From the NCBI GenBank assembly GCA_944388805.1, contig CALXKE010000009.1, positions 2,734 through 66,733 on the forward strand: 64,000 nucleotides of DNA, given 5' to 3'. The DNA comes from an uncultured Clostridia bacterium. Its GTDB lineage: Bacteria > Bacillota > Clostridia > TANB77 > CAG-508. Positions 1-9,500 of the stretch are shown here, piece by piece (within the stretch, counting starts at the first letter, position 1; each line of letters begins with the position of its first letter). Position numbers and translations under genes: made by a program. Below the pieces are notes generated by a model. The model had not been told where the DNA came from. It was given only the letters and a program-made list of their open reading frames with translations, and searched no databases.

Positions 1-85
1 GATTTGTCCGTCCCAAAATCCCTTTTCTTAGTTCTAAAATAGACAACCTCTGAATATATATAATTTAGATTAAAAATTTGGAGGT

Positions 86-388
86 ATGCATATGACGATA
101 GATGAGAGAAAAACAATCAATACAGCTGTAGTACAAAACTTAATACTAGAAAATAGAGGAAAATTAAGTATATCAGGTGTTCTAGATGTTTTAAGTTTTG
201 ATGACCAAGTGATTATGGTGGAAACAGAATTAGGATTATTAACGATAAAAGGTGAAAATCTCAGAATCACGAAATTAAGTATTGATACTTCAGAAGTCAT
301 TGTAGAAGGAAATATTTCTTATTTAGCTTATAGCAATAAAGAAGTAGAGAAAAATAAAGGAAGCATTATTAGTAAAATATTTAAGTAA
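86..388 (+). CDS. yabP: Sporulation protein YabP
   Basis: 100-aa ORF. GGAGG at 80-84 favours the second ATG (92) as the start. The segment GKLSISGVLDVLSFDDQVIMVETELGLLTIKGENL resembles the YabP family. It is followed by yabQ, as in Bacillus and Clostridium. Confidence 0.85.
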   Translation: MHMTIDERKTINTAVVQNLILENRGKLSISGVLDVLSFDDQVIMVETELGLLTIKGENLRITKLSIDTSEVIVEGNISYLAYSNKEVEKNKGSIISKIFK

Positions 389-411
389 GATGTTGCAATA
401 GGGGGAAGATA

Positions 412-918
412 ATGATTTATACACAATTACAATTATTCTTTATATTCCTGATAAATGGTTTATTAATTGGCTTATTATTTGACTTTTTTAGAATATTAAG
501 AAAAGCTATTAAAACAGCTGATTTTATAACCTACGTCGAAGATGCTTTATTTTGGATTTTAACAGGTTTTATTATCTTATATTCTATATTTACATACAAT
601 AATGGTGAAATTCGATTATTCATGTTCTTAGCAATTATACTAGGTATTTTGATATATTTGACTTTCATTAGTAAAATAATATTAAGCATTAGTTTAGGCA
701 TCATAAATGTTGTTAAAAAAATTTTTAGTATAGTATTTAATATAATAAAAATTCCATTTGATTTTTTTATAAAATGGATAAGAAAATTATTTTTAAATCC
801 TATATCATTTATTATCATCAATATTAGAAATTATTTTACAAAATATTTAAAAAATTTTTCTAATACATTAAAAAAAGTAAAAATACCAAATAAATTTGTA
901 AAAAATACAAAAAATTAG
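412..918 (+). CDS. yabQ: Spore cortex biosynthesis membrane protein YabQ
   Basis: 168-aa hydrophobic ORF directly after yabP. The N-terminal LLFDFFRILRK motif is typical of YabQ. Confidence 0.75.
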   Translation: MIYTQLQLFFIFLINGLLIGLLFDFFRILRKAIKTADFITYVEDALFWILTGFIILYSIFTYNNGEIRLFMFLAIILGILIYLTFISKIILSISLGIINVVKKIFSIVFNIIKIPFDFFIKWIRKLFLNPISFIIINIRNYFTKYLKNFSNTLKKVKIPNKFVKNTKN

Positions 919-982
919 AAGGATTTATATAAAATATGTAGAATAATATAAATGTGAAACTTTTGATAAATGGAGATTACTT

Positions 983-1258
983 ATGAAAAAAAATAAAAAA
1001 ATTTTAAGAAATTTATTGATTATAGGAATTGTCGCTTATATAGCATTTGTATTTATAAATCAACAAAAAACTTTAAATGAATATAGTAAAAATGCTGAGG
1101 AATTAAATCAACAAATTGCTTCAGAAGAAGCAACAAATGAAGACTTAAATCAACAAAAAGATAATGTTAATTCTTTAGATTTTATTGAAGAAATGGCTAG
1201 AGAAAAGCTAGATATGTATTATCCTAATGAAAGAGTTTATATGGATCAAGGAATGTAA
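983..1258 (+). CDS. divIC: Septum formation initiator (DivIC/FtsB family)
   Basis: 91 aa with an N-terminal TM segment, a coiled coil and a C-terminal EEMAREKLDMYYPNE motif. Its position after yabP-yabQ is conserved. Confidence 0.75.
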   Translation: MKKNKKILRNLLIIGIVAYIAFVFINQQKTLNEYSKNAEELNQQIASEEATNEDLNQQKDNVNSLDFIEEMAREKLDMYYPNERVYMDQGM

Positions 1259-1398
1259 TCTTTTAGATTATATTCCTTTTTTGGAAAATTTTGTTTATTT
1301 TTTGAATTTTTTGTGATATAATAGGATTTGTATTAAATTCGTTTTTATTCCCATGATATTTAAAATAATAATAATGATATATAAATTTAGGAGGTTTT

Positions 1399-2787
1399 AT
1401 GTTAAATTTAGAATCAATGAATTTAGCTGATTTAAAATTATTAGCTAAAGAACATAATATTAAAAATATTTCAAAATTAAAAAAGGAAGAAATTATAGCG
1501 GTGTTAAAACAAATTTTAGACACATCTTCTACTATTAATCAAGAAGAAAATCATACAGATAATCATAATAATAACAATGAGAATGATGAAGAAACAAAAA
1601 AAGAAACAGTTGAAAGACAATATGATGAAAATGGAGAACCAATTGTAGATTACAAACTAACCAATGATGGGGATGAGATTGTTGAAGGAATATTAGACAT
1701 CATGCCAGATGGTTATGGGTTTTTAAGAGGTGATAACTATTTATCCAGTGAAAAAGATGTTTATATTTCTATGGTACAAATTAGAAGATTTAGATTAGAT
1801 ACTGGAGATATCATAAAAGGAATTTCTAGATTTAGAGATGGTGAAAAATTTCCTTCATTAATATTTGTTGGTGAAGTTAATGGGGAACATCCTGAAAAGG
1901 CTTTAAAACGAAAGAGATTTGACGAATTAATACCAATTTATCCAAATGAAAAGTTAAAATTGGAAACTGTTCAAAATGATTATGCAACTAGAATTATTGA
2001 TTTAATGTGCCCTATAGGAAAAGGTCAAAGAGGAATGATTGTAGCTCCACCAAAAGTTGGAAAAACAACACTTCTTAAAAAAGTTGCCAATAGTATAAGT
2101 CAAAATAATCCAGAAGTAGAATTAATTGTCCTTTTAATTGATGAAAGACCAGAAGAAGTAACAGATATGAAACGTTCTATTAAAGGTCAAGTTATACATT
2201 CAACATTTGATGAATTACCAGAACATCATGTAAAAGTTGCAGAAATGGTTTTAGCGAGAGCAAAAAGATTAATTGAACAAGGAAAAGATGTTGTTATCTT
2301 GTTAGATAGTATTACTAGATTAACTAGAGCATACAACCTTGTCATTCCTTCCTCAGGAAGAACATTGTCAGGTGGTATGGATCCAGCCGCATTACACAAA
2401 CCTAAAAAATTCTTTGGTGCAGCAAGAAATATTGAAAATGGTGGAAGTCTAACAATCTTAGCTACAGCTTTAATTGATACAGGTAGTAGAATGGATGATG
2501 TTATATTTGAAGAATTCAAAGGTACTGGTAATATGGAAGTTCATCTAGATAGAAAATTATCTGAAAGAAGAATATTTCCTGCAATTGATATTAATAAATC
2601 AGGTACAAGAAGAGATGATTTATTATTAACTCCAACTGAAAGAGAAACCGTTTTTGCCTTAAGAAAAGCAATGAATACTATGCCAGTTGCTGAAGTTACT
2701 GAACAAGTTATTAGTGAAATGACAAAAACAAAAAATAATGAAGAGTTTATAGAAAAAATGGATTCTTATTTGCAAAGATTTAAATAA
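1399..2787 (+). CDS. rho: Transcription termination factor Rho
   Basis: 462 aa with a Rho_N-like SAP helix pair at the N-terminus. It has an RNA-binding domain (DGYGFLR), Walker A (PPKVGKTT) and Walker B ([11 protein letters not shown]). An N/D/E-rich insertion lies after the N-terminal helices. Confidence 0.97.
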   Translation: MLNLESMNLADLKLLAKEHNIKNISKLKKEEIIAVLKQILDTSSTINQEENHTDNHNNNNENDEETKKETVERQYDENGEPIVDYKLTNDGDEIVEGILDIMPDGYGFLRGDNYLSSEKDVYISMVQIRRFRLDTGDIIKGISRFRDGEKFPSLIFVGEVNGEHPEKALKRKRFDELIPIYPNEKLKLETVQNDYATRIIDLMCPIGKGQRGMIVAPPKVGKTTLLKKVANSISQNNPEVELIVLLIDERPEEVTDMKRSIKGQVIHSTFDELPEHHVKVAEMVLARAKRLIEQGKDVVILLDSITRLTRAYNLVIPSSGRTLSGGMDPAALHKPKKFFGAARNIENGGSLTILATALIDTGSRMDDVIFEEFKGTGNMEVHLDRKLSERRIFPAIDINKSGTRRDDLLLTPTERETVFALRKAMNTMPVAEVTEQVISEMTKTKNNEEFIEKMDSYLQRFK

Positions 2788-2800
2788 AAAATTTAAATAA

Positions 2801-2839
2801 AAGAAGTAAATTTAAAATAAATTACTTCTTTTATTTTTT
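2801..2839 (+). terminator. Rho-independent terminator after rho
   Basis: Imperfect hairpin aagaagtaaattt/aaattacttctt followed by a T-run (ttattttttg). Confidence 0.6.
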
Positions 2840-3161
2840 GTATAAATATAAAAGGAAAGAGAGAGAATTATAAAAGTTTAGAAAAAATAGATTTATAAAT
2901 TTTATATTTTTTCAATAAAATCTAAATAAATAAAATAGGAAATAGACAAATAATAAATTTTGAAATCGAAAGAGAAGAAGGGGATAAATCTCAAAAGATA
3001 TGAATATTTATCTATATTAAACATTGCACAAAATCAAAGTTTTGCGCAAATGGAGATAGGAGAAAAATATAAAGCAGCCATAAACCTCTACTTTTACTAA
3101 TATCTCCAAAGTGCCTATTTCTCTATATTTGCCTTATTTTACAGACAACAAACTATATGCT

Positions 3162-3192
3162 TAAAAAATAAAAACGGCTTAAAATCGATTCT
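3162..3192 (+). repeat. Degenerate ~31-bp repeat, copy 1
   Basis: taaaaaataaaaacggcttaaaatcgattct. It aligns with 3335-3365 at about 85% identity. Weaker relatives lie near 3486-3510 and 3551-3580. Confidence 0.6.
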
Positions 3193-3334
3193 CGTGCGTC
3201 GTATTTTTAGCACTTTTTTAGGTTTTTTTGTATATCTATATATAGCAGTAATTTTTTTAGAAAAAACTACTTTTAATAGTAATTTTCTAAAATCAATATT
3301 TAACTGTAAATTTTAAACAAGTAATTTATCAACC

Positions 3335-3365
3335 TAAAAATAAAACTGGTTTAAAATTGATTTTA
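3335..3365 (+). repeat. Degenerate ~31-bp repeat, copy 2
   Basis: taaaaataaaactggtttaaaattgatttta. See 3162-3192. Confidence 0.6.
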
Positions 3366-4074
3366 GAAGGTCACTATTTTGTATAATTTTGTATTGTAAT
3401 ACAGTTATTGTAATAATTACAGAATTTATAAAATCATAGTATAAAATGCAGAAATTATATTAATTAGAATATATAAATTTACAAACGAAATTCGTTAAAA
3501 TCAAAATTTATATAATAAATGATTAATTTTACATTTCAATAATTAAAATTGCTTAAAAACGATTTTAAACGTCATTAAACAATAATTTGATTAAAATATT
3601 ATATAAGTTTTATAAAAAAATTATCAAACAACAAATGTTCGCTTTTTTAATATTACTATGTTTGTATTACAAAATTATAATTTTTAAAATTCTAAATATT
3701 TATAAATTATAATTTTAAATTTTTTATAAATTTCTATAAAGTAGTTTTTAAATCTTAAAATTTATTTTTTATATTTAAAAAGTTTTATTTATAAAATTTA
3801 TTGCTACTCTAACAGTAGATTGCACAAAATTTTATTTAATATTTTTTCATAATTCTCATATATTAAAAAATGTGCTATCCCCCCTACTCTACTGTTTTTA
3901 TAAAATATAAAAGATTAGTTGTATTTCAAACTAATCTAGAAATTGTAATTTGTTATTCAAATTTGTTTAATGAATTTGTAATATTTCTTATAGATGTAAT
4001 ATTAGATATATTATCCATATTACACCTCTGACATTTCATATACATATTATAAGTCAAATTATTATTATAATCTT

Positions 4075-5619
4075 TTATATTTTTGTTATATCACTTAATT
4101 TTACTACTATAACATCATTGATAAGTTTTATATATCCTTTATTAGGAAAAACTGGCATTTGCTTATATTCTTCTGTACTAGTTACACCCCTATCATCAGA
4201 ATACTCCCATATATTCCATCCAAGACCTAGATTGTCTTGTAAGAAGACCTGCCATGTCCACATACTAATATTAGATATATCAAAATTTGTCATCTTTAAC
4301 AGTTCATCATTTTGTAAAGAAAAGTTTAATTTTCCTGTGATGACAATTGGCATATCTTTATTTCCTTCATTAATTTCTCTTATTTCCTCTACAATACTAT
4401 TTCCAACTGAATACATTTGTTTATTATATAAATCTGTTGCAACATATGTTGCATTATTTGACAATATATATGTCCAAATAATGATTGAACAGATAAGAAA
4501 AGATATAATATTTAGAATATTATTACATATATTTTCTTTTAATAATTCATTTTGTTTTAACAATAATATGATTGGCAAATATAATGATGAGGCCATTAAT
4601 AAATTGATAGTTCTTGATTGTGCAATGAGCTCAATAGAACATGTAAAAATAGGATATGTCAAAAGCATAAATATCATAGTTATCATCTTGCTTATTGATT
4701 TATAAAGATTTTTTTCTACTATAATGATTACAAAATTTATGATAATCAATATAAATACAATCATATTTAATATATGCCTATACCATGCTTGATTTGTAAA
4801 AATTTCATCTGTAAAATAAAAATCATAAAATGTAATATAAGCATTTTTTATAGAAGCAAATAAATTTGTGAATGTTTCTATACTTAGTATGTTATTTCCA
4901 TTACTATAATCACTTATGCTTAAATTTAAAATACTTGTTATAACAGTTAAACATAGATAATACAAAATCATGCCAATAACAATAATTGATAAATTTATAA
5001 AAAATTCTTTAAAATTTATTTTTTTATCTTCTATGATTTTCAAAATAAATGTTATGGCAAATAAAGCAGTTATATAACATAAATATGCTTGATAAAATCC
5101 TAATGTTGCAATAATGCAAATAATAGCTAGTATAACATTCTTTTTATTTTTTTCCTTGTTCAAAAAATATACCGAAAGTATAGCAAATAAAAGTGCTAAA
5201 CTATATCCAAATGCTGTGTAAGCATACATAAATGTTAATGAAATTGTTGGGGTAACTATCATTAATATGCTAATAGCTATTTTTATGTATGTCTTTTTTA
5301 TTTTTAAGATTTCATTCAAAATAATTGAAGAAAATCCTATTGAAATTATTGATAATGAAGTAGTCAAAATTGATACTACAATCGTTCCTCTAAATAAATC
5401 TGAAAATGGAATTAAAAATCTTCCAAGTGATATTTCCCATCCTTTTGCTAGCATAGATCCATAATGCCAATATCCATCTTCTGCAAGTAATTCTTTTGAA
5501 ATGAGTTCGAAATGAACTAAAAATCCCACAATAATGGTTATTATAAAAATTCTTTTTCTATCTTTTGTAAACCATCTACTAATAGATTTAAAAAGATGAT
5601 CCATTGATATACTTGTCAT
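4075..5619 (-). CDS. Polytopic membrane protein, possibly a GtrII-type glucosyltransferase-domain protein
   Basis: 514 aa with many hydrophobic segments and a soluble C-terminal region of about 100 aa. The N-terminal part (DGYWHYGSMLAKGWEISLGRFLIPF) recalls the GtrII-like glucosyltransferase membrane family. This is a weak call from memory. Confidence 0.45.
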   Translation of the reverse strand: MTSISMDHLFKSISRWFTKDRKRIFIITIIVGFLVHFELISKELLAEDGYWHYGSMLAKGWEISLGRFLIPFSDLFRGTIVVSILTTSLSIISIGFSSIILNEILKIKKTYIKIAISILMIVTPTISLTFMYAYTAFGYSLALLFAILSVYFLNKEKNKKNVILAIICIIATLGFYQAYLCYITALFAITFILKIIEDKKINFKEFFINLSIIVIGMILYYLCLTVITSILNLSISDYSNGNNILSIETFTNLFASIKNAYITFYDFYFTDEIFTNQAWYRHILNMIVFILIIINFVIIIVEKNLYKSISKMITMIFMLLTYPIFTCSIELIAQSRTINLLMASSLYLPIILLLKQNELLKENICNNILNIISFLICSIIIWTYILSNNATYVATDLYNKQMYSVGNSIVEEIREINEGNKDMPIVITGKLNFSLQNDELLKMTNFDISNISMWTWQVFLQDNLGLGWNIWEYSDDRGVTSTEEYKQMPVFPNKGYIKLINDVIVVKLSDITKI

Positions 5620-5669
5620 TTTTCTATCCCCTTTTTTGGTAGTAATTATTTTAAATAAATATAATTTTG

Positions 5670-6545
5670 TTAAACCCCATAATACTCTACACCTAAATTT
5701 TGTAATCTAGCAATTCTTTCATTATAGTTAGGATGTGTAGAATTTAGTGCTTTTAAAAATCCATTTTCAGATGGAATATCCAAACTAATCTTATCGAGAG
5801 CCTTGGCCAGCTGCGTACCATAACCTATTTTAAAAGCAAATTTATCTGCTTCATATTCATTAGCTCTCATTGACATACGCATGAACAAGATACAGAACTT
5901 TGTCCACAACCAAATAAACAGTGTGGAAATGCCACCAAATATCATTATAAAGAATGATGCTATTTTACTTCTTGTATTGATTGCAAATAATGAACAGATT
6001 GCCAAAACTATCCATGAAAGTATTTTTAGAAAAACTAACATTACACATATAAATAAGTTAGAACCTCCAATGATAAGTTGTATTTCAGAATCTCTATTTG
6101 CTAAATGCCCTAGTTCATGTGCAAGAACTCCCATGATTTCTTCATCAGATAATTCAAATAACCCAGAGGTAACACACAAGGTTCTTCTTCCTATTGCACA
6201 TGCATTTGGTGCAGAATCATAGATGACTTTTAACTTTATTGATTTTACCATTTTAGGATTTTCCTTTATTGCTTTATTATATACTATTTCCAGTAAGGGT
6301 ATGATTCTTATTTTCATATCTGCTCTTTTCATCTTTCTCCCATTAGCTAATAAAACCAATACCGCTTCACCTATTGGAGAAAGTGAAATGATAATCCCAA
6401 GAATATACGCAATAAATATCCATTCAATATATGTAAAATCTTGAAATCCTGCAGTAAAAAATCCTATTATTAAAAACAAATTCAAAATGCAAAACAATAT
6501 AGTTCCTATATTAGAAATTCGAAATATTTTATCTATCAAATCCAT
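5670..6545 (-). CDS. M48-family (HtpX-like) membrane zinc metalloprotease
   Basis: 291 aa with an HELGH zinc motif (VLAHELGHLANRD) and a downstream NEYEADKFA glutamate. TM segments flank the catalytic region. The start codon is 3 nt after the ATPase stop. Confidence 0.85.
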   Translation of the reverse strand: MDLIDKIFRISNIGTILFCILNLFLIIGFFTAGFQDFTYIEWIFIAYILGIIISLSPIGEAVLVLLANGRKMKRADMKIRIIPLLEIVYNKAIKENPKMVKSIKLKVIYDSAPNACAIGRRTLCVTSGLFELSDEEIMGVLAHELGHLANRDSEIQLIIGGSNLFICVMLVFLKILSWIVLAICSLFAINTRSKIASFFIMIFGGISTLFIWLWTKFCILFMRMSMRANEYEADKFAFKIGYGTQLAKALDKISLDIPSENGFLKALNSTHPNYNERIARLQNLGVEYYGV

Positions 6546-6548
6546 TTT

Positions 6549-9500
6549 TTACTCCTTTTTTAATTTATCCAAAAATTCTGTTAATTCTGTTTTCTTTGGG
6601 AAAATATATGGTTTTACTTGGAATGTATTTTTTAAAGAATCTGTATAGTATACCGTATTATCTTTCAAAGATTTTAATGATACTTCATCTATTAAGTTAT
6701 TTGCTTCCGTGTCATTAAGTGAAAATACATATCTTTCAGGAAATTTTGGAAGTGTATTTTGTCCATAATACATACATTCTTTTACACTTTGAAATTCAAG
6801 AGAGGTTATAATAAAATTAATTCCATATGAAGAACCATCATCTATTAATTTCATTAATTTACCACTTACATTTTCTTCAGAAGAACTGCTACTACTTCCA
6901 AATCCGAAAAATGATGCGGCATCCATAGGTTTTTCTTCTTTGTCTTCATGATTTGTCTCTTCCTCTAAATAATCACTTTCATTAATTTTATCACCTTTTA
7001 GCATATTTTTGATAAGATCCACATATTGAAAGTTTTTTATAAATACAACTAATTGCTCGTTTGTCATATTTTTCTTAGAATCTAAATAAAAATCATAGGC
7101 TTTTCTAATAAATCGAATAATATCTCCTCTATTCATTGCAATTTCAAATCTGTTTCCAAATTTTAAAAATTCAGTATAATATGATTTTTCAGGTATTTCA
7201 CTATCTAATATTACATCACCATCAATACATAGAATTTTTACATTTTCATTCAATAATAGTCCTAATGTATATAAATTGGTTAGATTTTCATACATTTTTT
7301 CATTTGCTCCACAAATTAGAGTATTGTGCTTACGTTTTTTGTCAAATATTGCATTTAGAGGTGGTGCAACTTTAATTAATGAACCTATTTGTATTGATAT
7401 AGGTAATTCATTTGTTATCTTCTCTGGTAAGACACTTAATAAATCTGTTGTTTTATTTCCTTCAAATGATTGCATATTATATTCAAAGTCTGCAAATTTT
7501 TCGGAGATTAACTCTAAATATTTTTTTTGTGTTTCATCATCACAATAGGCAACTCTTAATCCAATATTATTTTGTTCTGTATATTCCTCATTTAATACAG
7601 CTGTGCCAATTGGTCCTTTCATCATTTCTAATGCTTTATTTTCATTTCTATCTGTAAATAGATATCTTGCATCAAATTCTCCACATTTCAATCCAATTCT
7701 TATTCTCATTTGTTCGATTGTTCCACTATCTAAAGACAATTCAGAAATAATTTTTGTTGATTGTGTTGCCATTAATAAATGTATTCCATATGAACGTCCT
7801 TCTGTAACAATTCTCTTCGTTAATTCTGCACAATGTTTGGCTATTTTACGATTGCTTGCATCATTAAATAATATCTGAAACTCATCCATAATAACCAAAA
7901 TTTTTGGCATAGATTTACCAGATAAACTTATATATTCAGATAATTTAGAGGCATTGACTGATTTGAATTTTTCACTTCTTCTTTCGATTTCTGCAACTAA
8001 ATCTTCTAATATACTTTCTCCAAATTCTTGCATAGCATCTAATGCAAGTAGTTTGATATGTGGTAACCTATAAGAATCATATATTTTGAATTCTGTTCCG
8101 CCTTTAAAATCCATTAAGTATAAATTTAATTGATCTGGTGTATAATGTAGCATTGAACTCATAATTAATGTATGTAACAATGTAGATTTTCCTGAACCTG
8201 TTGCTCCTGCCACTAGTGCATGGTGTGATGATCCTTTTCCAAACACGATTGGTATTATTGTTTCTGCATCACCAATTCCAATTGGAATACTTAATTCTGC
8301 ATTTGTATTTCTGGTGAAAAGTTCTTTATCTAATATATCTTCAAAAGAAAATCCTTTTGATTTAATTTTTACATTTAGTTCTTTATATTTCTTGATAAAT
8401 TCATTTATTTTTGAATATTCTATAGGTTCTTTTATAGAAACCGGTAAACTAAATGGCTCTATTAAATAATTTTTGTTTGTAATTTCTATGCGCGAACAAT
8501 ATTTTTCCATTCTCTCATCAATGTCTATATCTCTACCATATGAATTATATTTTATATCTTTGTTGTGAGCAATTAATGCATAGATACCACATTTTCCTCC
8601 ATTTTTTAATATATTTTGCAAAAGTTCTATACTTTTTTCTTCAAATCCTGATGGGAAATCATATATTGCAATCATATTACAAGTTTCCATTCTAGTTGGA
8701 TTATTTTTATTGTATTCTAATATATTTGCATATTTGTTTCCCAATTTGTTTTGTATTACATCATCTATTTTTTGATTTAGTTTTTCTAAAAATTTTGTGA
8801 TATTTTCTTTATTTGTGTAAATTTGCTCTTCAAAAACTTCTGGACATTCTTTTTTAAAATCCAGGAATTGTTGTATACTACTTCCTTTTTGCTCACAGTC
8901 AATAATTGAAAATTTAATTTTAGAAACAGGAAACATAGATAATAATGACCATATAATGTGTCCAGAAAAATCTAACATTTTTCTTCTGGTCTCTTCTGAA
9001 TAATTTGCTAGAAAATTACAAGAGTTTCCTAAATCCATAAATAGTGGTAATGTAATTTTACCATTTTCATTTCTGAATTCTTTTTGTATTCTTTCATATC
9101 CATAACAATCAACAAATAAATCATTTGGATATTGTATCATACCAATAGGGATTTTACTTAAGTAACTTGCATTTTCTTCTGGCGCAATTCCAAATCTTTC
9201 ATTATATTCAGCTATAATTTCTTTAATATTTTCAATATTATTTTCTAATGTTTCTTCTTCTTTACTATCCATTAAGTTTCTGATATCTTTTGGTAATGCA
9301 ATTCCTTTATTTCGTATGCCTTCACTTATTAAAATATATTTTGAGAAAAAGTTATTAAACTCTATTTTGTTTATCATTTCAAAACTTATATATGGCATGG
9401 TTGCGTATTCAAATCCATTAGTTGTTTGTTGTATATAAACACAATGTGATTTTATCGTTTGGATACTATTTATTAATTCTTTAGATGTTCTTTTTTCATC

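Noticed and set aside
2840-4074. CRISPR array or large structured ncRNA in the ORF-free tract
   Set aside because: The repeats are degenerate and irregularly spaced (about 60-170 bp). There are no uniform spacers and no GC-rich helices. No cas genes are nearby.
4118-4705. Long opposite-strand ORFs inside large genes (also 7136-7878, 43933-45051, 60478-60951, 62387-62914 and others)
   Set aside because: They lie entirely within well-supported genes on the other strand. Their I/F/L/S-rich composition is typical of AT-rich antisense frames.
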